Positions 1 through 12,184 of a DNA stretch of 64,000 nt are shown here, piece by piece. How positions within the stretch are numbered: the first letter of the stretch is position 1; each line of letters starts with the position of its first letter. Both the position numbers and the translations under genes were made by a program. The stretch spans positions 909,026 through 973,025 of the forward strand of contig CAWKHF010000002.1 of the NCBI GenBank assembly GCA_963849325.1. The letters run 5' to 3'. Origin of the DNA: an uncultured Planctomycetota bacterium (GTDB lineage Bacteria; Planctomycetota; Planctomycetia; Gemmatales; Gemmataceae). Below the pieces are notes generated by a model. The model searched no databases. It was given only the letters and a program-made list of their open reading frames with translations, and was not told where the DNA came from.

Positions 1-584
1 AGAGTGGGCCGCTCATGCTCGGCGTCTTCGACCAGCTGCTGATACGCCGTCGCCAGCACGGTCTCGCAGCGTTCCGCCTTGGTGGGATCGTCGATCGGAG
101 GCAGGCCGGATCGCGGATCGCCTCGTTCCGCCCATTTGTGGGCGAACTCGTGCAGCACGACGTTGGAGCGGCCCCGATGCCGACCTCCCCAGCGCGCCTC
201 CCACCAGGACAGCACGACCGGGCCGTCCGCGTGGGCCTCGCCGAGACGATGCCCCAGCTGGTCCTCGATCCCCAGCGGGTCCGGTTCGATGCCCAGATAG
301 CCGCCCGGATAGACGAGGATGGTCTTGACCTCCTCAAAACAATCGTCGTCCAATCCCAGGACGAGCAAACAAGCCTGGCCGGCGATGGTCACGCGGATCT
401 CCTCGGTGATCCGCAAACCCGCGCAGCCCTCCCAGAACTTGGCGGCGATGAACCTCGGCACGGCCTGGCGCAGTCGCGCCTGGTCTCCCTCCGGGAGCAG
501 CCCATAGAGCAAAACGTTTTCGCGCAGATAGGATAGCCAGGCTTCCGGGAACGACTCGTCAGACGGCCGCCGGTGCGGGGGCAT
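1..584 (-). CDS. MtfA-like zinc-dependent peptidase (M90 family), runs off window edge
   Basis: Not in ORF track; manual translation from ATG at 584 gives MPPHRRPSDESFPEAWLSYLRENV...FIAAKFWEGCAGLRITEEIRVTIAGQACLLVLG...ILVYPG...GEAHADGPVVLSW...NVVLHEFAH (HExxH). Confidence 0.85.
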   Translation of the reverse strand, partial: MPPHRRPSDESFPEAWLSYLRENVLLYGLLPEGDQARLRQAVPRFIAAKFWEGCAGLRITEEIRVTIAGQACLLVLGLDDDCFEEVKTILVYPGGYLGIEPDPLGIEDQLGHRLGEAHADGPVVLSWWEARWGGRHRGRSNVVLHEFAHKWAERGDPRSGLPPIDDPTKAERCETVLATAYQQLVEDAEHERPT

Positions 585-632
585 GGAAAGGCTCCGGACA
601 CTCTCCCCAGGAGGGTGCGAGTGAGTGTCGCT

Positions 633-2425
633 CTATCGCAGGTCGAATTCCTCCACCTGCGCCGCCGAGACGCGGCCTTCCACGTCCCAACCGCGCGCGG
701 CGTAGTACGCCTCGATCATGGCTGTCAGCCGTTCCGCGGCAGCGTGGCCTCCGCGCCGGCGCCGGTCGGCAGTCCTTCGCTCAGGAAGCGCTTCGGCAAG
801 GTGTCCTCGGCGGCGGTCCAGCCCTCGCGCTGGTTGTACAGCTTCTTGGCCGCGACGACCCTCCGCGCCACAGTGCGTAGCTCGTCCGCCGTCACGTCCC
901 AGCCGGTCACGCGCCGCAGCATCTCGGCGCCCTCGGCATACAAATCCGCGAACACGCCGCGCAGGAATTTGCAAAGAATCAGCGAATCAATGAGGGCGGC
1001 GCGATCCTCCGTTTCCACGGCGAGGGCGGCGGCGGCCGGTGAGCCGTGCAGGCGGTCGGCGTGCGGCGAGAAGTCGATTTCGTAGGCGCCGCTGCGGTTA
1101 TGGTCGGCGCCGCGCGAACCGACGGCAAAGCCCAGCGCCATCGTCTGCAAGGTGCGCGGCTCGTAGCCGGGCAGCTCCAGCCCCTTGACGTGAGGGGCGA
1201 AGTCAGGAGCATCGCCACCGATCCGCGCCGCCGCTCGCCGGCTGCCCTCGGCGAGCAGGTCGCCCAGTCCCGGCTCTCGCTGCGCGATCCGCGGCAGCAG
1301 GGATAACAGCATGTCACCATTGCCGAAGTGCAGACCGTCCGCTCGTAGCAGGCCGCGCTCGGCGCACTCCATGCCGAAAGCGATGGTCGCTCCCGCCGAG
1401 ATGGTATCCATGCCGAGTTGATCGCACAGCCGGGCGGCCCGCAGCACCACGTCGCGGTCGGCGATGCCGCACAGCGGGCCGAGCGCGAACAGGCTTTCGT
1501 ATTCCAAACGTACTTCCCCGTCAGAGGCGGCATAAATGTGTTCGCAGCCGATCGTGCAGGCGGCGCAGGAATGACGGGCCACGCGGCGGGCCTCGTTCAG
1601 CGACTCACCGGATAGCTCGTTCGCCTCGGCGAACTGGCCCTGCTGGAAATTGCGCGTCGGCAGAGCGTGCAGGCGGTTGAACGTCAGCAGGTTGGCGACG
1701 GTGCCCAGCTCGCGGTACTTCGCCGTGGCCGGCCCGAACGACCGCTGCGACAGGTCGCGCGCCGCCGCCACGACGCCGGCCGGATCGGCGACCGGCACGC
1801 GCTGCGAACCGCGGACCAGGATCGCCTTCAACCGCTTCGACCCCATCACCGCGCCGAGTCCGCCACGACCGGCGTGCCGGTTGGCATGGCTGATGGTGGC
1901 GTAGCGCACGCCGTTCTCGCCGGCCGGGCCGATCACGGCACTCTGATAGTCCTCTCCGAATCGCTCGCGCAACCGCGCTGTCGTCGCATCGCTCGTCTGG
2001 CCCCATAAATCGCCCGCCGGTTCCAGGCGGATCGTCCCGTCATCGATCACCAGCAAGCTCGGCGCGGCGCAGGCGCCGACGATCACCAGGGCGTCGGCGC
2101 CTGCGCGTTTGCCGGCGAGGGCGAAGTGCGACGACGACAGGGCGTCATTGAGGCGGAAGGTCAGCGGCGACTTGGCGACGACGGCGAACTTCGCGGACGT
2201 CGTCAGCGGCGTGCCGACGAGCGGGCTGAAGCAGAAGATCAGGGCGGCCTCCGGCGCCAGCGGATCGACGCCGGCCGGACCCTCGCGGTGCAGTAGCCAG
2301 GTGCCCAGACCGACACCGCCGAGGAAGCGGCGCAGCACCGTCTCCGGCAGCGGCATTCCGTTCGCCGTTCCCTCCGTCACGTCGATCCGCAGATAACGCC
2401 CGTGATAACCGCCCATGCACATCAC
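633..2425 (-). CDS. Aldehyde:ferredoxin oxidoreductase family protein (frameshift near 725)
   Basis: GGYHGRYLRIDV N-terminus, IGPAGEN, AGRGGLGAVMGSKRLKAI, GMDTIS, RGADH; C-terminal YYAARGWD in adjacent frame (633-730). Confidence 0.9.
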
Positions 2426-2429
2426 GTCC

Positions 2430-3179
2430 TCAACTCATCCCGCCAGCGCCGGGGCACGGCATCGAAGGCGGCCTGGTAGGTCGCTTCCAGGGCGCCAAAA
2501 CATAGACATCCGGTTCCAGAAACAAGGGCATCGGAGGTAATTCGTCGCCCACGGATACCGGTTCGATGAATGCGCGTTTCACGTAACCGGCCGAGTAACT
2601 GACCAGGGTCAACGGCTTGTCCGGAGGCAACTGAAAGTTGTCTTCGACGATCTCCGACCAGATGGCCGCATGAATGCCTTGCGGATCGCGCGGCCCGGGC
2701 GGGAACAGGTCCAGGACGAGCAGATGGATGCCGGCTTCGAGGAATTCCAGCGATTTCTCGACGAACGCCCGAATGGCATGGCGACTCGCCTTGTTGCCGG
2801 GAGAGACGATTTCGACGAGGGCCACGACTTGATCGTCGCTGACGTGGCGAATGGCAATACGGTTGCGTTTGCGGGCATAGATTTCCTCTTCGGCCGAGGC
2901 GGTGAAGCGGACACGGGGAGGAGCGTCGGCCAGAGCGATGCCGCCGCGAGTCGGGGAGGCGTTCGAGGGACCGTTGCCGCCATCGGAGGGAGAAGCCGGC
3001 CGATCTCGTCCCAAGGTCAGCACGTCGGGGTGGAGTCCGCCCGAGACTTGCTCCGCCAGGGCGTAGTAATCTGGCGGCAGAAGACCCTGGTTTAAGGCGT
3101 GCTTGATGGTGAAAACCCAGTCGTGATGGAAATCGTGAAAGATCCCAGCATAGACACGGGTCCAATCGTGAATCGGCAT
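2430..3179 (-). CDS. DUF4058 family protein
   Basis: MPIHDWTRV..GIFHDFHHDW start, EIVSPGNK, LLVLDLFPPGPRDPQGIH typical of this planctomycete family. Confidence 0.8.
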   Translation of the reverse strand: MPIHDWTRVYAGIFHDFHHDWVFTIKHALNQGLLPPDYYALAEQVSGGLHPDVLTLGRDRPASPSDGGNGPSNASPTRGGIALADAPPRVRFTASAEEEIYARKRNRIAIRHVSDDQVVALVEIVSPGNKASRHAIRAFVEKSLEFLEAGIHLLVLDLFPPGPRDPQGIHAAIWSEIVEDNFQLPPDKPLTLVSYSAGYVKRAFIEPVSVGDELPPMPLFLEPDVYVLAPWKRPTRPPSMPCPGAGGMS

Positions 3180-3385
3180 GACGTCTTCCTCCCCAAAGCG
3201 ACGAAATCCGCTCTCCGCGAATTATACCCGCTCCGCTCCTTTTCCGCCGCATCCGTCGGAATATCTGGGGCTGGAAGGATACGTTCAAGAAAAATGCGAC
3301 AACAGATGTTATCGGGTAGTACACTGGTTATAGTCAATCCGGCCAGACTCCCACGGAGGATCGGCCCCACCAGGCGAGACCCACC

Positions 3386-6300
3386 ATGCCGCACTGCCGG
3401 CCTATCCTATCCCTCGTCCTTCTGCTGGCACTTGGCACGCTGTCCGGGCTGCCGCCTGTCTTGCGAGCAGCGGAGACCTCAGCGCAAGGGGTGGAATTCT
3501 TCGAGAACAAGGTGCGTCCCGTCCTGGTACGTTCACTGCTACTCGTGCCACTCGAAGCAGGCGAAGAAGCTGCGCGGCGGCTTGCGGCTGGATAGCCGCG
3601 AGGCGCTGCTGGCCGGCGGCGATAGCGGGCCGGCCCTGGTGCCCGGCCAGCCGGACAAGAGTCGTTTCATTGAGGCTATCGGCTACAAGGACGTCGAATT
3701 GCAGATGCCGCCTCGCGGTAAGCTGCCCGATGCGGTCATCGCCGACCTGACGGCATGGGTGCGAATCGGAGCGCCCTGGCCGAGGCAGCAGGTGGTCGCG
3801 GAGCACGGCACCAACAAGGCGACGTTCGACCTCGCCCAGCGCAAGCGCGACCATTGGGCCTGGCAGCCGATTCACCCGCACTCGCCGCCATCGGTGCGTG
3901 ACACGAACTGGCCCCGCGATCCGGTTGATCGCTTCATCCTGGCCTGCCTGGAAGAAAAGGGGCTGTCCCCGGCGAAGGCCGCCGACCGTCGCACCCTCCT
4001 TCGCCGGCTGTCCTTCGACCTGATCGGCCTACCGCCGACGCCGGACGAGGTCGAGGCTTTTCTCCGCGACACTTCGACCGACGCCATCGAGAAGGTCGTG
4101 GATCGCCTGCTCGCTTCGCCGCACTTCGGCGAGCGCTGGGGCCGGCACTGGCTCGACCTGGTACGCTACGCCGAGACGCGCGGCCACGAATTCGACTATC
4201 CGATCCCCAACGCCTATCAGTACCGCGATTACGTTGTTCGCGCGCTCAACTGCCGACGTGCCGTACAATCAGTTCGTCGTCGAGCAACTGGCGGGCGATC
4301 TGCTGCCGAAACCGCGACTGCACCCGGAGCAGGGCTTCAACGAATCGATCCTCGGCACCGGCTTCTGGTTCCTCGGCGAGGAGGTGCATTCGCCGGTGGA
4401 CGTTCGACAGGACCAGGCCGATCGCTTCGACAACAAGGTCGATGTGCTGTCCAAGGCGTTCCTCGGCCTGACCGTCGCCTGCGCTCGCTGCCACGATCAC
4501 AAGTTCGACGCCATCTCCACGAAGGATTACTACGCCCTGTTCGGCTTCCTCCAGAGCAGTCATTATCGTCTGGCGCGCTTCGATTCGATGGAGCACAACC
4601 GCCGCGTCGCCGCGGAACTGTGGCAGCTGCGCCGAAGGGTCGCGCGCCGATCCAGAAGGCATTGGCCGATGGACTGCGACCGGGAGTGGAGCACGTGGCC
4701 GACTATCTGCTGGCGGCACGCACGGCGATGCAGGCCCATGTGGACTCGACGCGGAGACTGGAGGAAATGGCTCGCGCCCGCCGGCTCGATGCGGCCGTCC
4801 TCGGTCGGTGGCTGGCGCATTTGCAAACGGCGGTTCGGGATGAGAACGATGCGCTGCATAACTGGGCGAAGGTTGCTGTCGGTACGGCCGCGGCGGATGG
4901 CAAGCACTTCGCCAAGCTGGGTGAGGAAAGGGACGAAAAGGGGACGCAGCTCCTTCTCGATTACGCACACAGCAAGGCCGACGACTGGTTGGCAGACGGT
5001 TTCGCCTTCGGTCCCGGCCCGGTACGGCCGGGCGAGTTGCACATCGGCGGCGATCGGGAGAAGCCGATCCTGCGCTTCCGCGAATACGCCGCCGCCGAGA
5101 AAGATCCGGTGTGGGACGTACTGAAACTGGCCCCCGGCACCGCGAACGATCCGGGAGCGCTGGGGTCCGTGGTGCGCGCCGGCCGGACGCTGCGCACGCC
5201 GACGTTTTCGCTCACCAACGGCAGGGTGTTTTATCTCGTCAAGGGCAGCGGTTTCGTGTACGCGGCCGTCGGCTCGCACGTCATGATCGCTGGGCCGCTG
5301 CACGGCCAAATCGTCCGCACGGTCAACACTGGCGATCGTTTCCAGTGGGTTGGCCACGACCTGAGCGCCTACCAGGGACAACGCATCCACCTGGAGTTCA
5401 CGCCCACCAGCAACGGAGATTTCGCTATCGCCAAGATCGTCCAGGGCGACAATCCGCCGCCGGACGTCGAGCACCCCAATCCGCTCCTTTGCGAAACCTT
5501 CGCCGGCGCCGGCACTCCGGAAGCGCTGGCGGAGGCGTATCAGCGCCTTTTCCTCGACACCCTGGACAAGCTGGCCGCCGACCGCATCGTTAGCTCAACC
5601 ACGGCAACCGAACACGCTCGCCTGGCGAACTGGTTGATCGGACATGCCGACTTGTTCGGCGCGGCCGGGGCCGGCGAGGGCGAGACTCGCGCCTTTCTCG
5701 CCCAGCAAGCCAGGATCGCGGCCGGCATCCAGCGTGAATCGCGCCTGTGCGTGGCCATGATCGACGGCAGCCCGGAGAATGAATACGTGTTTATCCGCGG
5801 CTCGCCCAAGGCCCGCGGCGAAACGGTGCCGCGCCGCTTCCTGGAGGCGCTGGCCGTTCCATCATCTCCGGCAATCTCTCATGGCAGCGGCCGGCTCGAA
5901 CTGGCGCGCCAGATGATCGATCCGGTCACGAACCCCTTCCTGCCGCGCGTGCTGGTCAATCGTGTCTGGCATCACCTGTTCGGCCGCGGCATCGTCGCCT
6001 CAACTGACAATTTCGGCGTCCTTGGCGAACGGCCGACGCACCCCGAATTGCTCGACTACCTCGCCGACCGCTTCGTCCGGGACGGCTGGTCGATCAAAAA
6101 AATGATTCGCGCCCTGGTTCTGTCGAGCGCCTATCGTATGGCGAGCCAGGCCGACGAGGCATCGGATCGCGCCGATCCAGACGACGTGCTGCTGCACCGC
6201 ATGCGCCGGCGGCGGCTGGAGGGCGAGGCGATCCGCGATGCGATTCTGGTTGTCTCTGGGCGGTTGGTGGATCGACTGTACGGGCCGCCGGTGCCGATCC

Positions 6301-6734
6301 ACCTGACGGAGTTTCAGGCCGGACGCGGCCGGCCCGCCAGTGGCCCGATCAACGGCGACGGCCGGCGCAGTCTCTATCTGTCGGTACGGCGTAATTTCCT
6401 GTCGCCGTTCTTGCTGGCCTTCGATACGCCAAGTCCGTTTTCCACCGTCGGCCGTCGCACCGTCTCCAACGTGCCGGCCCAGTCGCTCATCCTGCTCAAC
6501 GATCCGTTTGTGCATGAGCAGGCCCAGCGGTGGGCGCAGCGCGTCCTCGCCCAGCCCGGCACGCCGCGCGAACGGATCATTCGCATGTATGAAAGCGCTT
6601 TCACCCATCCTCCGACCGAGATGGAACTGTCGGCGTGCCTGGATTATCTCGAACGCCGGCAGGCGAACCCGACCGCATGGGCGGACCTTGCTCACGTCCT
6701 GTTCAACGTCAAGGACTTCCTCTTCCTCAACTGA
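3386..6734 (+). CDS. Planctomycete cytochrome c / DUF1549 / DUF1553 protein (several frameshifts)
   Basis: Signal peptide, FFENKVRP, CYSCH, LLRRLSFDLIGLPPT, GERWGRHWLD, CARCHDHKFD, VNRVWHHLFGRGIV, PTHPELLDYLA across three frames. Confidence 0.9.
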
Positions 6735-6752
6735 CTTCGCTGGGACCTCGTT

Positions 6753-8166
6753 ATGCACTGCGGACGTTTCCTCGCTCCTCCCTTGACCCGACGCGACATG
6801 CTGCTGCGCTGCGCCAACGGCTTTGGTGCCGTCGCCCTGGCCGCACTGCTGGCCGAGGAGGGACGATCCGCTGCCCCGTCGCCGATGCCGCATTTCCCCG
6901 CCCGCGCCCGCAACGTGATCTTTCTCTACATGGACGGCGGCCCTTCGCAGGTGGACACCTTCGATTACAAGCCGCTGCTGGAGAAGTATCACGGACGCGA
7001 TCCTCACTCCGTCTTCAAGGTCGAGCCGACGCAGTTCAACAACGTCGGCCGGGTGATGGCCTCGCCGTGGAAGTTCCGCCGCCGCGGCCAGAGCGGCCTG
7101 TGGGTGAGCGACCTGTTTCCGCACGTCGGCGAGTGCATTGACGAGCTGTGCCTGGTCCGTTCGATGGTGTCGAAGTTCCCCGAGCACACCAGTGCCAACT
7201 ATTTCCTACACACCGGCTCCGGCTTGCAGGGCCGCCCGAGCATGGGCGCCTGGATCAGCTACGGCCTGGGCAGCCTCAACCGCAATCTGCCGGGCTTCAT
7301 CGTTCTCAACGGCGGACTCATCCCGCCGGGCGGACTGGACAACTTCAACAGCGGCTTCCTGCCGGCCGCCTACCAGGGATCGATCTTCCGTCCCGCCGAC
7401 CCGCCCGTGGCCAACATCCGCCGCCTGGAAGCGACCGACGCTCAGCAGCGCGGCAAACTCGATCTGCTGCGCCGCCTCGACGCCGGCGTCGCCGACCGCA
7501 GCGGACACGACGACGCCATCGAGTCCGCCATCGCCAATTACGAGACGGCCTACCGTATGCAGACGGCCGTGCCGGAACTGATGGACATCCAGGGCGAAAC
7601 CGTGGCGACGAAGAAGCTCTACGGTCTCGACGCGAAGTATGGGCCGACGCGCACCTTCGGGACGCAGTGCCTCATTGCCCGGCGTTTGATCGAGCGCAGC
7701 AGCGCGCTTCATCGAATTGACCTGTCCGCAAGTAAGCGGCGACCGCTGGGACCAGCACGCCAGTTTGAAGCAGGGCCACGAGAACAACGCCCGCGCCGTC
7801 GATCAGCCCATTGCGGCACTGTTGAAAGACCTCAAATCGCGCGGACTACTGGACGAGACGCTGTTGCTCTGGGCCGGCGAGTTCGGACGGACGCCGTTCG
7901 CCCAGGGCGGCGATGGCCGCGATCACAACCCGTTCGGCTTCACGATTTGGCTGGCCGGTGGCGGCGTCAAGAATGGTTTCGTCTACGGCGAGACCGACGA
8001 GTGGGGCTACAAAACGGTCGTCAACCGGGTCGAGATCCACGACCTGCACGCCACGCTGTTGCACCTTCTCGGCGTGGACCACAAGCGCCTCACCGTACGC
8101 TTCGGCGGCCGTGACATGCGGTTGACCGACGTGCATGGCGAGATCGTCAAGGACATCCTCGCCTGA
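6753..8166 (+). CDS. DUF1501 domain protein (Tat signal; frameshift near 7700)
   Basis: [51 protein letters not shown]. Confidence 0.92.
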
Positions 8167-8175
8167 TTGGCTCCT

Positions 8176-9259
8176 TTAGCGGCGGGTGAAAAGGGCCGCC
8201 GTCAGCAGATAGCGAAAGCGATAGCGCTGTGGCTCCCCCTTCACCCGGGCATGAACGCGCTCGAACAACGCCTCGATGACCTGCGGATCGCCCTTCGTCC
8301 CGACCAGGGCGGCTCGGGCCACCGGCTCGGAGAAGGCACGCAGGAAACCCGTATAGGCATCGGCCAGGGCCGCCGCATCTGCGGTGCGGTCGAACTCGAC
8401 CAGAAAGGGGGTCGGCACTTCCAGCGTCTCGGCCCGGTCGATGGCAAACGTCTCCCGCAGCGGCGAACCTTCGCGCTCCAGCGGCGCCAGCGTCTCCGGC
8501 ACCGAGCGGAAATACAGGGGCATTGTGAAGCGCTCGTAGTCTTCGCGCTGCAATTGTCCGGCCGCGATCAGGTCGAGGCAGGCGTCGTTGAGCACGTCAT
8601 AGAGTCCGTCGCAGAGGCGGTGTTCGGCGCCGTCGCCGGGACTGACCACCAGGAGTTTGCCTCCAGGCACCAGCTCGCGGGCACGGCACTCCAGGAAACG
8701 ACGCAGGTCTCGTTCGGCCTGGCCGGAGAAGGCGGCGACCGATTCCGGCGACACGTGAAGTCCCGGCCGGGGTGGGTGCGGTCGGCGATAGCACACAAAG
8801 TCCGGCACCGGCGCCGGGGGCAATGCATCCAGCCACAGCAGGGCGTTGAAGGCCGTGGCGAAGTGGACGGAGCGCCGACGGCAACAACGGTTCGTAGAAC
8901 GACCCCGCCACCGCGCTGGGATACACTTCCGTCGCCAGTCCGCCGGACATCCGGGCTTGGTTCAGATTGGTGAACAGTTGATTGAAGTTGTTGCTGGGCA
9001 GGTCGCTGTAGACCGTCTGAATTACCTGTTCCGCCCGCCGTCGCCGAACGGCCTCGACGACCGTGTTCATGGCGAGCACGGCGTTTCGCCCTTCTGAGGA
9101 GCCCAGGTCCAGCACGACCAGCGGCTGGGATGCCGGGGGCAATGCCAGGGAGGCGACGGCGTCCTCGATCCAGTCGAAGACCAGCCGAATAGACGCCTGC
9201 TGCGCCGCTGAGTGCTGATCGTAGTAGCCCGCGCCTTTCATCCCTGTTGTGGCCGGCAT
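8176..9259 (-). CDS. SAM-dependent carboxyl methyltransferase (SABATH/Methyltransf_7-like; frameshift near 8880)
   Basis: MKGAGYYDQHS, DLGSSEGRN, SDLPSNNFNQLF, GSFY, DLRRFLECRARELVPGGKL. Confidence 0.8.
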
Positions 9260-9648
9260 GGGAAACATCCTCGTGGGTAGTGTCCTAACAGGGTGTTGAT
9301 CGTCGCTAAGACCGCTCAACAGTCATCCATTCACAATGCCGATCTGGTCATCTCTATCGCTCTGCTGACCGCGTTTATGTAATCGTTTGATACGCCGAAC
9401 GAGGATTGAAGATTCCAAACTCTTCGTCAAAAGAGCAGAATCGGGACAACTCCGAAAAGGTATAGTGTATCGGTCAACTCTGCGGTCGAAAACTTCATCT
9501 ATCGTCGTCCAGCGTACGGACTTTAAAATCCACTTTGTCAAAGTTCCCCTCGTTGCCCAGCCTGGCCGACCGTTACCAGGAGGAAAACCTTGAGACCAGC
9601 CATCTACCGGGCGGTAGTTACTCCGCAGGCAGAAGTCCCAGGCCGTGA

Positions 9649-10182
9649 TTGATGGCCTTCACCCATTCCGAGCAGGACAGCGGCATCGGAATCGCCCCCG
9701 AGCACCTGCCCCGGCTGTTCGAGATGTTTTCGCAGGTGAAGACAGCTTTGGAGCGGTCTCAGAGTGGTCTGGGCATCGGCCTGTCGCTGGTTGAGGGGTT
9801 GGTGGAAATGCACGGCGGCGCAGTGGAGACCCGCAGCGAAGGGTTGGGCAAGGGCAGCCAGTTCATCGTCCGGCTGCCGGTGGCGGGCGAGACGCTAGCC
9901 TGGGAGTCGCCGCGACCCGGCAGCGACGAACAGGCCGCTTCCCGATCCAGGAAACGTGTCCTCGTCGTGGACGACAACCGGGACGCCGCCGACAGCCTGG
10001 CCCTGCTGCTGCGGCTCGGTGGTCAGGACGTTCACGCCGTTCACGACAGTCAGGAGGCGGTGGACGCGGCGGGCTGGTTCCGGCCCAACCTGGCGTTACG
10101 GGACCTCGGGATGCCGAAGCTCAACGGTTTCGAGGCGGCTCGACGCACCCGCGAGCAGCCCTTCCTTGCCGGCGGAATATAA
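9649..10182 (+). pseudogene. Truncated hybrid histidine kinase (HATPase C-half plus partial receiver)
   Basis: DSGIGI...GLGIGLSLV...GKGSQF then VLVVDDN...DLGMPKLNG; lacks sensor/HisKA and end of receiver. Confidence 0.75.
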
Positions 10183-10219
10183 TAGCGGCAGGATTCGCCC
10201 CGCAAGAGGATGCACAGTC

Positions 10220-11804
10220 ATGGCAGGCAGCTACGACGCCCTCATCATCGGCGCCGGTCACAATGGTCTGGTGACGGCGTGTTACCTCGCTCGGGCCGGT
10301 TGGAAAGTGCTGGTGCTGGAGCGCCGCTACGTCGTCGGCGGCGCCTGCGTCACCGAAGAGATCTTCCCCGGCTTCAAGGTCTCGACCGCCGCCTACGTCA
10401 ACAGCCTGTTTCGCAAGGAGATCATCCGTGACCTGCGCCTGGCCGAGTACGGCTTTTCCGTGCTCGAACGCAATCCGTCGTCTTTCTCACCCTTTTCCGA
10501 TGGCCGTTATCTTCTTCTTGGCCCGGACGGCGGCCACAACCGCCGCGAGATCGCCAAGTTCAGCGCGCGCGACGCCGAGAACTTCCCCAAGTACGAGGCG
10601 ATGCTGGAGCGCGTGGCCAACGTCATCGAGCCGACGCTGTTGATGCGGCCGCCGAACCTGCTGCGGCCGGGCTGGCGCGACCTGTGGCACCTGTTCCAGC
10701 TCGGCCGGGCCTTCCGCAAGATGGGCGCCGGCATGAGCGAGGCCGTCGAAGTGCTGACCGGCCCGGCCCGCACCATTCTCGATCGCTGGTTCGAGTCGGA
10801 GCAATTGAAGGCCACGCTGGCCACCGATGCCATCATCGGAGCGATGGCCGCCCCGAGCATGCCGGGTACGGCCTACGTACTGTTCCATCACGTCATGGGC
10901 GAAACCAACGGCAAGCGCGGCGTATGGGCCTACGTCGCGCGGCGGCATGGGCGGGCTGACGCAGGCGCTGGCCCGTGCCGGCAAGGCGCTGGGCGTCGAG
11001 GTCCGTACCGAGGTCGAGGTCGCTCGCATCCTCGTCCGGGACGGCGCGGCCGAGGGCGTCGCCCTGGCCGACGGCACGGAGTTTCGCGCTCGCGTCGTCG
11101 CCAGCAACGCCGACGCCCACGTCACCTTCAACCGTCTCCTCGACAACCGCCTGCTGCCACCGGCCTTCGCCGAGTCGATTAACCGCATCAGCTACGACAG
11201 CGCCTCGCTGAAGATCAACGTCGCCCTGTCGGAGTTGCCGGACTTCACCGCCTGTCCCGGCTCGCAGCCCGGTCCGCAGCACCGCGGCACCATCCACATC
11301 TGTCCCGATCAGGATTACATCGAACGCGCCTACGACGACGCCAAGTATGGCCGGCCCTCCGAGAAGCCCGTCCTCGAATGCACCCTGCCGTCGGCCGTCG
11401 ATAACACCGTCGCCCCGGAGGGACGGCACCTGATGTCTCTGTTCGTGCAGTACGCCCCCTACAAGCTGCGTCCGGGCAACTGGGACGAAATCAAGGAGGG
11501 CTTCGCCGATCGCTGTTTCGACATCCTCAACGAGTACGCTCCGAACTTCAAGCGTTCGGTGATCGCGCGGCAGGTACTGTCGCCGCTGGACCTGGAGCGG
11601 ACGTTCGCCCTGACGGGCGGCAACATCTTCCAGGGGGCGATGACGCTGAATCAGCTGTTTTTCCTGCGTCCGGTGCCGGGCTTCGCCGGCTATCGCACGC
11701 CCATTCGCGGCCTGTTCCTGTGCGGCGCGGCGGCGCATCCGGGCGGCGGCGTCATCGGCGCGGCCGGCTGGAACGCGGCGCGGACCATCCTGGGCAAAGC
11801 ATGA
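10220..11804 (+). CDS. Phytoene dehydrogenase-like FAD oxidoreductase (PYROXD2-like; frameshift near 10940)
   Basis: YDALIIGAGHNGLVTACYLA, GGNIFQG, YRTPIRGLFLCGAAAHPGGGV. Confidence 0.9.
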
Positions 11805-11836
11805 GCCATACCGGCATCCGTTGTTGGAGAGTTGGA

Positions 11837-12166
11837 ATGAGTTCTTCCAAAGTTGAAACGCCCGAAGCCCTGGCCGCCCGCGTCGAGGTCAGCGACGATA
11901 CCCTGTCCGTGGAGTTGATTGATGGCCGGACCATCGCTGTCCCCGTGGCCTGGTATCCGCGCCTGGCGCACGCCACCGCCGAGGAGCGGAATTCGTGGCG
12001 GTTGATCGGGGGCGGCCGAGGTATTCATTGGCCGGCGATCGATGAGGACATCAGCGTCGCCAATCTCCTGGATGGTCAGCCGTCGGCCGAGAGTCAAAGT
12101 TCCTTCAAGAAGTGGCTCGCCGGCCGCACGAAACGGGCCGGCAGACGGAAACGGTCGAGGAGCTGA
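11837..12166 (+). CDS. DUF2442 domain protein (putative antitoxin)
   Basis: LIDGRTIAVPVAWYPRLAHAT...GGRGIHWPAIDEDISV. Confidence 0.85.
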   Translation: MSSSKVETPEALAARVEVSDDTLSVELIDGRTIAVPVAWYPRLAHATAEERNSWRLIGGGRGIHWPAIDEDISVANLLDGQPSAESQSSFKKWLAGRTKRAGRRKRSRS

Positions 12167-12184
12167 TAGGATACAATCTCCCTC

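Noticed and set aside
9323-9593. Short ORFs in the AT-rich spacer
   Set aside because: No RBS or motif support; cannot be distinguished from non-coding or decayed DNA
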